Assembly (NCBI GenBank): GCA_964651115.1
Contig: CAZYXJ010000001.1
Coordinates: forward strand, 380,243-444,242
Direction of reading: 5' to 3'
DNA length: 64,000 nucleotides
From: an uncultured Candidatus Saccharibacteria bacterium
Lineage (GTDB): Bacteria > Patescibacteriota > Minisyncoccia > Phycocordibacterales > JACOZG01
Of this stretch, positions 9,046-17,523 are shown in pieces. Every line of letters begins with the position of its first letter. The stretch's first letter is position 1. A model generated the notes under the pieces. The model was not told where the DNA came from, ran no database searches, and saw nothing but the letters and a program-made list of their open reading frames with translations. The position numbers were made by a program, and so were the translations under genes.

Positions 9046-10971
9046 ATGGATCCTTTAGCTGGCCTTAATCCTTCGCAAACTACTGCCGCCGCGCACCAAA
9101 ACGGCCCACTGCTAGTGGTTGCCGGTGCGGGAGCCGGAAAAACGAAAACGGTCGCTCATCGCATCTGGAACCTAATCCACCACGGCGTGCCCCCCGAGGC
9201 GATTTTGGCCATCACCTTTACCAACAAAGCGGCCAGCGAAATGCGCGAACGAGTCCACCGCTTGGTCACAGCCGCGACCGGAGAAAATCGCCAGCCCTTC
9301 GTCTCGACCTTCCACGCGCTGGGAGTATTTATCATCCGAGAGAATGCCGCGCTTTTGGGATTAAGCAAATTTTTCTCAATCATCGATAAGGACGAAGCTC
9401 TGTCGGCCATTAAAAGTATTTTGAAGGAGCGCGGCCATGATCCAAAAACCGTCGAACCTAAAAAAGTTTTGAGCGCCATCTCACGCGCCAAAGGAGCGGG
9501 GATTACTCAAAGTAATTTTTCCGAGCGACACGTCGAAAGCTATTTTGGCGAAATTGTCTCGAGTGTTTGGCGCGCTTACGACTCACGACTCAAGGAGCAG
9601 GGCGCGCTCGACTTTGATGACCTGCTCCAAAAAACCGTCGAGCTCTGGAAAAATCATCCGGCCGTTTTGGAGCGCTACCAAAATCGCTGGCGCTATCTGC
9701 ACATCGACGAATATCAAGACACCAACAGCATCCAATATCAGATGGCGCGTCTTTTGGCCACGCGTCATCGCAACATCTGCGTCGTCGGCGACATTGATCA
9801 ATCAATTTATTCTTGGCGCGGCGCTGACTACAAAAATATTATGCGCTTCGAAGAAGATTACCCCGATGCCACCGTCGTCACCTTGGAACAAAATTATCGT
9901 TCGACCAAAACTATTCTGGCGGCGGCTAACGCGGTCATTAAAAAAAATCGCTCCCGTCGCGAAAAAAATCTTTTCACCGATAACGAAGACGGCGAATTGA
10001 TCAAATTGATTGTGGCTTTTGATGGCAACGACGAGGCCGCCAGGATCGCGAACGAAGCGAACACTCTCATCCGCGGCGGAACCAAAGCCAGCGACATCGC
10101 CGTGCTCTATCGAGCCAACTTCTTATCGCGCGCGCTGGAAGAAGCTTTTTTGCGCGCTGGCGTCCACTACCATGTTTTGGGCACCCGCTTTTTTGAACGG
10201 GCCGAAGTCAAAGATGTTTTAGCTTTCCTCAAAGCCGCGCTTAATCCGCAAGACATTGAGAGCACTAAGCGAATCATTAATGTGCCGGCCCGCGGCATCG
10301 GCAAAGTAACGCTGGCCAAATTATTTGCTCACGGGCCAGACTCCCTCGCCAAAGAAGTGCGGAAAAAAGTTAACGACTTCTACGAAACTATGGCCGACAT
10401 CAAGCGCGTCGCCGAACAAGAAAAACCATCAGTCACCATTAAATACATTGTTGAACGAAGCGGACTGGCCAACGCTCTGAAGGCCGGCGGTGATGACGAT
10501 CTCGAGCGTCTAGAAAACGTCCGCGAACTCGCCACCCTCGCGACTAAGTATGACGATCTCGGACCAGAGGAGGGGATTTGGAAACTTCTCACTGAGGCGG
10601 CGCTAATGTCGGATCAGGACGAATTAACTGAGGATCAAAAGGGTGTCCACTTGATGACCGTCCACGCCGCCAAGGGTCTAGAATTTGATTACGTTTTTGT
10701 AGCCGGATTAGAGCAAGACTTATTCCCTAGCGGACGATCGAAAAACGAAGATGCCGACCAGCGTGACGACGAGGAGGAGCGACGACTATTTTACGTGGCG
10801 GTGACGCGAGCCAAAAAACGACTCTACTTAACTTACGCGCAGATGCGCACGATCTATGGCCAGCGAATGATGACTTTGCCCTCAGAATTTATCGGCGACA
10901 TCGCGCCCGAATTACTGGAGGCCGAAGACGCCGAAGATCCATTTAAAAATTCTTATTTTATTGATTTTTAA
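9046..10971 (+). CDS. pcrA: UvrD/PcrA superfamily 1 DNA helicase
   Basis: AGAGAGKT, TFTNKAA, DEYQDTN, VGDIDQSIY, QNYRST, HAAKGLEF, EERRLFYVAVTRAK. Confidence 0.93.
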   Translation: MDPLAGLNPSQTTAAAHQNGPLLVVAGAGAGKTKTVAHRIWNLIHHGVPPEAILAITFTNKAASEMRERVHRLVTAATGENRQPFVSTFHALGVFIIRENAALLGLSKFFSIIDKDEALSAIKSILKERGHDPKTVEPKKVLSAISRAKGAGITQSNFSERHVESYFGEIVSSVWRAYDSRLKEQGALDFDDLLQKTVELWKNHPAVLERYQNRWRYLHIDEYQDTNSIQYQMARLLATRHRNICVVGDIDQSIYSWRGADYKNIMRFEEDYPDATVVTLEQNYRSTKTILAAANAVIKKNRSRREKNLFTDNEDGELIKLIVAFDGNDEAARIANEANTLIRGGTKASDIAVLYRANFLSRALEEAFLRAGVHYHVLGTRFFERAEVKDVLAFLKAALNPQDIESTKRIINVPARGIGKVTLAKLFAHGPDSLAKEVRKKVNDFYETMADIKRVAEQEKPSVTIKYIVERSGLANALKAGGDDDLERLENVRELATLATKYDDLGPEEGIWKLLTEAALMSDQDELTEDQKGVHLMTVHAAKGLEFDYVFVAGLEQDLFPSGRSKNEDADQRDDEEERRLFYVAVTRAKKRLYLTYAQMRTIYGQRMMTLPSEFIGDIAPELLEAEDAEDPFKNSYFIDF

Positions 10972-11040
10972 TTGCTCGGATATATTTGACTTAAAAATCA
11001 CCCGGCGTAAGATGATGCTCAGACAAGAAAGGAGGCCGTT

Positions 11041-11472
11041 ATGGCCCAGATCATCGTTCGCCAACACTTTGGCAAGCAATCTCTAACTCCCCCTGTCGCC
11101 GCACTGGCATACGGAGCCATATCCAGGAGCATGGATGGATCGAGGGGTTATTGGTACCAAATCAAAAAACTGGTCATCGAACTTTCTTTTTTCCGCCCCA
11201 GCCTGGACGGACGAAAATCCATCCGCGTACCGGAAGGAGTCCTAGCGGTTAGTCTAACGATCAGCCTCCAGCACTCAGGCGTACGAGTGACCTCGCAGCG
11301 ATATTTAAATGGCCCGAACAACGTCACCGAACGCGACATCCAAGACGCCATCTCGTTCGCGTGGGAGATGTCCCTCAAGCAAGAACAAAAGTGTGCTAAT
11401 AGGAATAAAAAGGCCCAAGAAGAGATCCGGCAAACCATCTCCCATCTACAAGATCAAACCTGGTGCCCATGA
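11041..11472 (+). CDS. Hypothetical protein (accessory cassette 1)
   Basis: TTGACT..TAAGAT promoter, AAAGGAGG RBS, downstream terminator. Confidence 0.65.
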   Translation: MAQIIVRQHFGKQSLTPPVAALAYGAISRSMDGSRGYWYQIKKLVIELSFFRPSLDGRKSIRVPEGVLAVSLTISLQHSGVRVTSQRYLNGPNNVTERDIQDAISFAWEMSLKQEQKCANRNKKAQEEIRQTISHLQDQTWCP

Positions 11473-11478
11473 TCGCTC

Positions 11479-11506
11479 GCCCCAACTCTGGGGCTTTTTC
11501 TTTTTT
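11479..11506 (+). terminator. Rho-independent terminator
   Basis: GCCCCA-ACTC-TGGGGC followed by a T-tract. Confidence 0.65.
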
Positions 11507-11594
11507 CCAAAATTGACAAATTTTAAATATTAAGTAGTTTTAATGACGGAATCCGCGTTAAGTCAGAGACCACAAGCACACAAGAAGAATAACA

Positions 11595-12035
11595 GTGGAA
11601 CTGGCAAGATTGGTTGTCTATACTCTTTGGGGAAAAAATCCTCTAGCGGCTTACGAGCTCGTTAAGGGGGCGCACCAAATTCTGGGTGCCATCCCTGGCA
11701 CCAAAGTAGAAACCTTGGGGGTAGAGAATTCTGACCGGGCCGTAGCCGGGGCCGCCGGGAAAATCATCAAGATTACCCGTTGGCCAAGCAAGGCCGAGTT
11801 ACAGGTCTACGAGAATCATCCCAACCTCCGGCAGTGGTGCAAATATGTCTTACGAGGTTGGATGCTAAAAGGGAGTACCGCATCCGATCCCGCCACAGAA
11901 TTCATCGATTTCATTCTCTCGGCCAACAAAGCTGACCATCGAGAATGGGCCCGAGACCCGAATTACGAAGACTCCAAAGTGATCTGGGGCGGCGAGGAAG
12001 TTTGGCCTTGCCAAGTAATTCCTCCGCAACACTGA
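11595..12035 (+). CDS. Hypothetical protein, possibly a dimeric alpha/beta barrel (Dabb-like)
   Basis: ITRWPSKAELQVYENHP resembles the Dabb/ABM motif; has its own TTGACA promoter. Confidence 0.5.
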   Translation: MELARLVVYTLWGKNPLAAYELVKGAHQILGAIPGTKVETLGVENSDRAVAGAAGKIIKITRWPSKAELQVYENHPNLRQWCKYVLRGWMLKGSTASDPATEFIDFILSANKADHREWARDPNYEDSKVIWGGEEVWPCQVIPPQH

Positions 12036-12059
12036 TCGGCAACCGTTACACACCCACCA

Positions 12060-12097
12060 ACCCCGACCGTCAGCCGACGATCGGGGTCTTTCTTTTC
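12060..12097 (+). terminator. Rho-independent terminator
   Basis: ACCCCGA...TCGGGGT followed by a T-tract. Confidence 0.65.
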
Positions 12098-12098
12098 C

Positions 12099-12133
12099 AA
12101 AATTGACACCGCGCTCGGGGGGAGTAGGATAGT
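12099..12133 (+). repeat. Promoter-containing direct repeat, copy 1
   Basis: AAAATTGACACCGCGCTCGGG..GAGTAGGATAGT; first 21 bp identical to 14348-14368; TTGACA-16-TAGGAT. Confidence 0.8.
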
Positions 12134-12163
12134 CCAAACAGGTCATCGAGAAAGGAGGCCACG

Positions 12164-12670
12164 ATGAAGATAACCTTCATCCAGACCGGCGGAACCTTCG
12201 ATAAGGATTACCCCGTCGGCAAAGCATACGAGTTTGTGATCGGTGATTCGGCCGTGCCAACAGTACTCACCCCAGTAAATCCCGCGTTCGAGTTCGAGGT
12301 CGTGACACTGCTTAAAAAGGACAGTAGCGATATTCGTAAACCGGATCGGGATAAGATCGTCCAAGCGTGCCGAAGTTGCAAGAATGATCGAATTATTGTG
12401 ACCCACGGCACGGACACGATGATCAAAACAGCAAAAGCGATCCAGGGGATTGAAAACAAGAGGATTGTGCTGACCGGCAGCACCAAGCCGCAACGGTTCA
12501 AGGAGACCGACGCCGATTTTAATCTCGGTTTTGCAATTGCCGCTGTGCAATTGATCAAACCCGGCGTGTATGTGGCAATGAACGGCCAAGTACACCATTG
12601 GTCTCGCTGCCTCAAAAACATGGAAACCGGGCAATTTGTAAAACATATCCCGGATCCACCATTCAAATAG
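12164..12670 (+). CDS. Asparaginase-domain protein (short, N-domain only)
   Basis: TGGTFDKDY and THGTDTM motifs; AAAGGAGG RBS. Confidence 0.85.
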   Translation: MKITFIQTGGTFDKDYPVGKAYEFVIGDSAVPTVLTPVNPAFEFEVVTLLKKDSSDIRKPDRDKIVQACRSCKNDRIIVTHGTDTMIKTAKAIQGIENKRIVLTGSTKPQRFKETDADFNLGFAIAAVQLIKPGVYVAMNGQVHHWSRCLKNMETGQFVKHIPDPPFK

Positions 12671-12696
12671 AATGAACCAATCATCTGAAGCGCCGC

Positions 12697-12722
12697 GGCC
12701 ACGACTTGTCGTGGCCTTTTTC
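12697..12722 (+). terminator. Rho-independent terminator
   Basis: GGCCACGAC-TT-GTCGTGGCC followed by TTTTT. Confidence 0.65.
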
Positions 12723-12768
12723 ATTGACGCCAAGTTTTAGTGGAGTAGGATTTGATCATAAATATTTT

Positions 12769-13209
12769 ATGAGCGACGAGATCAATCGACCAAAAGTGGG
12801 AGTAGGGGTGATGATTATTAAAGATGGGAAAGTTTTGATGGCCAAACGCAAAGGATCGCACGGTGCAGGAGAATACGGCTTCCCCGGTGGCCACTTAGAA
12901 AATTTAGAGTCGTTTGAAGATTGTGCCGTCAGGGAAACGCGCGAGGAGTGTGGTATTGAAATAAAGAATATTAAATTTCTTTACGTCACCAACATTACCA
13001 AGTACGCCCCTAAACATTATGTTCACATTGGCGTGACGGCTGAATGGGCGAGCGGCGAACCAAAAACTTTGGAATCAGAAAAGGCCGAAGGGTGGCAATG
13101 GCACGATTTAAATAATTTACCCGAGGGCCCAACTTTCGAATTCTGCAAATTAGCTTTTGATGCCTACAAAACCGGCAAAGTTTATTACCCACTAATGAAA
13201 GCTGACTAA
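12769..13209 (+). CDS. NUDIX hydrolase (NUDT15/MutT-like)
   Basis: RPKVGVGV...KRKGSHGAG..FPGGHLE...AVRETREECG Nudix box. Confidence 0.9.
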   Translation: MSDEINRPKVGVGVMIIKDGKVLMAKRKGSHGAGEYGFPGGHLENLESFEDCAVRETREECGIEIKNIKFLYVTNITKYAPKHYVHIGVTAEWASGEPKTLESEKAEGWQWHDLNNLPEGPTFEFCKLAFDAYKTGKVYYPLMKAD

Positions 13210-13308
13210 AATACCGTTTGACTTTAACTAATTTTTGTGTTAGTTACAAAACAGAGCTCTTCGATAAGAGCCTAGAATAAAACACCTCTTTCAAGAAAGG
13301 AACGGTCT

Positions 13309-13803
13309 GTGGAACCTGCAAAATTCGTAAAAACACGCAAGTTCAAGATGCTGGTTGGAGTAGGAGGAGGAGTCTTCGTGCTCTCCTTCATCGTCTTTCT
13401 CGTTTGGTACGGCTTCTGGGTCAACTTTGTCGAGAACTACCAATACGGCTTCGTCTACGACAAGTTCAGCGGGGAAATCACCCCCCTGGATCACACCGGC
13501 TGGGTGGTGCGCAACCCCTGGCACTACAGCGTCCATTCGATCGACACCAGACCCTACCAGGTGTCGATCAGCGCCAACGAACGCGTTCTGAACGCGAAGC
13601 TTATCCGCTTCAACACCGAAGGCATCAAGACCTTTGTGGAGTGGCACGGACGGGCCGCCGGCGACGACACTTACAGCCTCAAAGAGATTCTGAAGTGCTA
13701 CGCCTTCGATCGTGATGAGGGCCGTGATTGCCCCTTCCTCACCGTCATCAGCGTGTTGGCGCCGAATCAGGCTGCCGGCCCCGTTGCCACTAAGGAGAAG
13801 TAA
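13309..13803 (+). CDS. Membrane-anchored hypothetical protein (SPFH N-terminal-like), paralog A
   Basis: N-terminal TM; GWVVRNPWHYSVHSIDTRP; AAAGGAA RBS. Confidence 0.6.
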   Translation: MEPAKFVKTRKFKMLVGVGGGVFVLSFIVFLVWYGFWVNFVENYQYGFVYDKFSGEITPLDHTGWVVRNPWHYSVHSIDTRPYQVSISANERVLNAKLIRFNTEGIKTFVEWHGRAAGDDTYSLKEILKCYAFDRDEGRDCPFLTVISVLAPNQAAGPVATKEK

Positions 13804-14279
13804 TGCGGACTATCCAACCGGGGATCATCCTGAGTAAAGCCTGGCATAACCGCTGGGTGAAAAGGATCACGCCCGTACTCACTGGCGCCGTACTCTTCTA
13901 CCTGCTTTGCCTTAACCACAACGAGCCCACCCAAATCGGCATTGCTCGCAATCGAGTAAACGGTGCTATGTGGACTCAAAGAGGAGGCTGGCACCTGACG
14001 TCGCCCTGGGTTTCCGTGGCCCGCGTTGACACTCGTCCCATGAGAGTGGCGGTGAACTCGGCCGGACACGGTTACAGCGCCAAGCTGATCCAGTTTGCCC
14101 CTGAACACTGGCAAGAGTTCGTGACCGTAGAAGGCTTTCGCTATTGGTGGTGGGCCAACCGGTTCTCCTTCAACGGAGGGTACGACGAGGAGTACCGCGG
14201 AATGAGAGACATTCTCCGAGGCCATGCCTATGGAACCAAGTCATACCCGTTTCTGCGGATACTCAACGAGTACCAGTAG
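13803..14279 (+). CDS. Membrane-anchored hypothetical protein (SPFH N-terminal-like), paralog B
   Basis: TAATG coupling to the upstream gene; GWHLTSPWVSVARVDTRP and AKLIQF shared with paralog A. Confidence 0.6.
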   Translation: MRTIQPGIILSKAWHNRWVKRITPVLTGAVLFYLLCLNHNEPTQIGIARNRVNGAMWTQRGGWHLTSPWVSVARVDTRPMRVAVNSAGHGYSAKLIQFAPEHWQEFVTVEGFRYWWWANRFSFNGGYDEEYRGMRDILRGHAYGTKSYPFLRILNEYQ

Positions 14280-14347
14280 AAACCACTCACCAACGACAAG
14301 TTCTCTTTCGCCCTGACGCACCAGCGCCGGGGCTTTTTCTTTTTTCA

Positions 14348-14383
14348 AAAATTGACACCGCGCTCGGGCGAGAGTAGGGTAGT
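14348..14383 (+). repeat. Promoter-containing direct repeat, copy 2
   Basis: AAAATTGACACCGCGCTCGGG...GAGTAGGGTAGT, preceded by a terminator at 14310-14345. Confidence 0.8.
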
Positions 14384-14414
14384 TTTGGATCTATTTAACT
14401 TAGGAAGGACAAGA

Positions 14415-14642
14415 ATGGACCGAAAAACGATCACTAAGTTGCACAACGCCGCCAAGATAATTGAAGTGGACGGCGACGAAGGAGTCCAAGCGGCAACCAG
14501 AGTGGCAGGAGAAGAGGTGGCCATAGCTCTCCTCATCGCTCACTTGCGGCGAGCCAGCGGTTCGATGGAGACTTATCCGCCCAACCCGAACATCGAGCTG
14601 CAGGTGAACCGTCTGCTTGAGGGCAAGGGCTTGATTCCTTAA
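14415..14642 (+). CDS. Small hypothetical protein (75 aa)
   Basis: GGAAGGA RBS, own promoter, terminator at 14681-14710. Confidence 0.6.
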   Translation: MDRKTITKLHNAAKIIEVDGDEGVQAATRVAGEEVAIALLIAHLRRASGSMETYPPNPNIELQVNRLLEGKGLIP

Positions 14643-14769
14643 CCGACCCGCGTCACCTCCAAAACAAAAAGTTTGCCCTTAGCTCCGCCCCGCGGAGCTT
14701 TTTTCTTTTTCAAAAATTGACACCAAGAAGAATCCGCATATTATTGGGATAATCTCAAGTTACCTCCAC

Positions 14770-15297
14770 ATGTTACAGCCAACAGAAATTCTAGCAGAAA
14801 TTAAAAGCCGGCCACCGCTTCAAAGAAAAAGCGCGGAGGAAAGCTATCGAGGAATAAAAGTTAATTGGAAACTTACGTTTAAGGACGCTCACCGAAGAAA
14901 TACCAACTTATTAATTCACGCCTGGCCTGAAAATAGTTTGTACCCAGATGTAGATTTCGAGGTAAATAAAGACGCCTACCCACATTTTAACATTTTACAT
15001 GACGGGGAGCTATTTTGGGTAAAGGGAAAAATAAGTGAATTAACTATGTATAAAATTCAATTAATAGACTGCGAGGTCAAATTTAGCGACGAATCGGAAT
15101 CCCAAAATGTTGAACAACCCTCTACAGGGAGCACTTTCGTAAATTCACAGATTCATTATGGAAATGGAGACAACGTTATTGGTAAAAAAACCATGGCCGT
15201 CGAAAGAAGTTTCTGGTCTAGTCTAGTAGGTCAGGTAATTGTAGGACTATCAGTTACTGCTATTGTCGCTATTTTTACTTATATTTTAAATAAGTGA
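14770..15297 (+). CDS. AT-rich hypothetical protein with C-terminal TM helix (possible OB-fold)
   Basis: Beta-rich N-domain (YRGIKVNWKLTFKD); C-terminal TM LVGQVIVGLSVTAIVAIFTYIL. Confidence 0.6.
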   Translation: MLQPTEILAEIKSRPPLQRKSAEESYRGIKVNWKLTFKDAHRRNTNLLIHAWPENSLYPDVDFEVNKDAYPHFNILHDGELFWVKGKISELTMYKIQLIDCEVKFSDESESQNVEQPSTGSTFVNSQIHYGNGDNVIGKKTMAVERSFWSSLVGQVIVGLSVTAIVAIFTYILNK

Positions 15298-16085
15298 TTA
15301 CTCGTCCTAAAAAATCACTCGGGCAAAATTGGCTCCGAAGCGAAGCGGCGAGAGCGGCGATTATTGAGGCGGCCGAGCTTGGCACTACTTCGCCCTCTGG
15401 GCTTCGAAGTACGACGACTAACGTCGTCGAGATTGGCCCCGGCGAAGGTTTTTTAACCGAAGCTCTACTGGCCACCGGCGCCACCGTCACCGCCATTGAG
15501 AAGGACGACCGCCTCATTGGCCTACTTTCCACCAAATTTTCCGCTCCACTCACGACCGGTCAGCTCAAGTTAATCCATGGCGACGCCCTCGATCAACCGC
15601 CACCAAGCGCGCCTTACAAAATCGTGGCTAATATACCTTATTATTTGACCGGGGAGATCTTGCGCCACTTCTTAACCCACTCCCATCAACCAACTCAGAT
15701 GGTCTTGATGCTCCAAAAAGAGGTGGCCGACCGGATTATTGCCCGGGATGGCAAAGAATCCTTACTCTCAATCTCCGTCAAAGCTTATGGCGAGCCAATT
15801 TATGTAAAAACTGTCCCGCGGGGCGCCTTTTCGCCCGTGCCCAACGTCGATTCGGCCATTCTTAACATTAAAAATATCTCTCGGGCTCGTCTAAAGAGGG
15901 AAGAGGAGTCTCGTTTTTGGGAAATTCTCCATTTAGGCTTCGCTCATAAACGTAAGTTAGTCTTAAAAAATCTGGGTTGTTCGACAGCCATCGCCGAGCT
16001 CTGTACAATTAGCCCCAAAGCCCGAGCAGAAAATCTAACCCTTAAACAATGGCTATGCCTAACGAAGCAACCGAACCTCCAGTAA
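15294..16085 (+). CDS. rsmA: 16S rRNA dimethyladenosine transferase
   Basis: KKSLGQNWL, VEIGPGEG, ANIPYY, QKEVADR, FSPVPNVDSA. Confidence 0.93.
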   Translation: MITRPKKSLGQNWLRSEAARAAIIEAAELGTTSPSGLRSTTTNVVEIGPGEGFLTEALLATGATVTAIEKDDRLIGLLSTKFSAPLTTGQLKLIHGDALDQPPPSAPYKIVANIPYYLTGEILRHFLTHSHQPTQMVLMLQKEVADRIIARDGKESLLSISVKAYGEPIYVKTVPRGAFSPVPNVDSAILNIKNISRARLKREEESRFWEILHLGFAHKRKLVLKNLGCSTAIAELCTISPKARAENLTLKQWLCLTKQPNLQ

Positions 16086-16639
16086 AATTACCCGGCTCAG
16101 GCTGGTTTATGGCCATGATTGGCCTGGCTCTGGTCGTTTTGGGACTAGCCCACTCCTTGACCTTATCGAACAACACCGCATCCGAAGCCCCGGGTCTAAC
16201 CAGCACCGCCAACCCATCCGCAATTGACGAAAATTCCACTTTACCGCTCAGCAAGGCCACTACTTCGAAAATTAAGATCAACAACTTAACCCTCGACGTC
16301 TTTTTGGCCGCTGATCCAGTGGCTCAAGCCCAAGGCCTGTCGGGGCGGCCAGCCCTCGGCCCACTCGAAGGGATGCTCTTTATCTTTAATCGCGACACCG
16401 AACCAAACTTCTGGATGAAAGATATGAACTTCGCCATCGACATCATCTGGATTGATCAAGCCGGCCGAGTTATTGCCATCGAACCCAATCTCACCCCCGA
16501 TACTTATCCCAACTATTTTGCTCCACCCGAACCAATCCGCTACGTCTTGGAAGTAAACGCGGGCTTTGCCGATACTCATCAGATTACACTGGGTAATTTT
16601 ATCCACTTTCTTGAGCCAGAAGTCGTGAACACTCAGTGA
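16049..16639 (+). CDS. DUF192 domain membrane protein
   Basis: GLSGR...GMLFIF...FWMKDMNFAIDIIWID...YVLEVNAG. Confidence 0.85.
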   Translation: MAMPNEATEPPVKLPGSGWFMAMIGLALVVLGLAHSLTLSNNTASEAPGLTSTANPSAIDENSTLPLSKATTSKIKINNLTLDVFLAADPVAQAQGLSGRPALGPLEGMLFIFNRDTEPNFWMKDMNFAIDIIWIDQAGRVIAIEPNLTPDTYPNYFAPPEPIRYVLEVNAGFADTHQITLGNFIHFLEPEVVNTQ

Positions 16640-16662
16640 AAAACAAGTTATAATAAACTTGG

Positions 16663-17520
16663 GTGAAGAGAAAAATATTTATTTTCGCGCTTGTCGCGAT
16701 TCTTGTTGTAGGTGGAGGAGTGATTTTCTTGTGGGTACTAGGAAACAAAACTCTCCAAGACCAAGAGCTCGCGGCTCAAGGTTTTAAAAAAATTGATCAG
16801 CCAGACTCAGACGGGGATAGTCTGGCTGATTGGGAAGAAGAATTGTGGGAAACCGATCCACAAAAACCCGACACCGATGGCGACGGCGCCAGCGACGGAG
16901 AAGAAATTAAAGCCCGTCGCGACCCGCGACGGGCTGGACCAGGTGACGAGATACAGACCGCAAAAGATAATTTAAATATTTTAATTTATCAGGCGCTTAA
17001 ATCTAAGGATAATGGATTAATTATCCCCGAGACACCACTAGCATCCCCATCAGTAAAACAAGTAAAAGTTACAACAACAAACGAACGAACTGCCGAGGAA
17101 GCAATTCAATACGCGAGGAAGTTCGTGGCCGCCACTGCCCCCTACTTGCAATACTCCGGACCCAACCCCGAAAAATCGCTGCTAGAAAAAATCGACAACG
17201 AGAAATCCTCAGCCACAGAAAACCTGACCAATTACGGTTACATGCTCGAGGGGGTGACCCAATCACTTGAAGACATAAGCACCCCAGAAGAAGTTAGTTC
17301 TCATCACATTAAACTAATAACTCAAATAAAAAAAATGGCTGTTTTAGTTCAAAATATGCTTGAAGCCGAAAAACAACCAATTATCGCCCTGCAAGCTGGC
17401 CAACAATTTCCGATTGAGCGAGCATACGTTAGCCAAGCAATTTTAGATATAAACCAATATCTGATTAGATATGGCGTTTCGTTAACACCGGAAATGCTTA
17501 GTGGGATTCTTCGATTTTAA
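16663..17520 (+). CDS. Membrane-anchored protein with bacterial TSP3-like Ca-binding repeats
   Basis: N-terminal TM; DSDGDSLADWEE...TDP..PDTDGDGASDGEE. Confidence 0.7.
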   Translation: MKRKIFIFALVAILVVGGGVIFLWVLGNKTLQDQELAAQGFKKIDQPDSDGDSLADWEEELWETDPQKPDTDGDGASDGEEIKARRDPRRAGPGDEIQTAKDNLNILIYQALKSKDNGLIIPETPLASPSVKQVKVTTTNERTAEEAIQYARKFVAATAPYLQYSGPNPEKSLLEKIDNEKSSATENLTNYGYMLEGVTQSLEDISTPEEVSSHHIKLITQIKKMAVLVQNMLEAEKQPIIALQAGQQFPIERAYVSQAILDINQYLIRYGVSLTPEMLSGILRF

Positions 17521-17523
17521 AAC

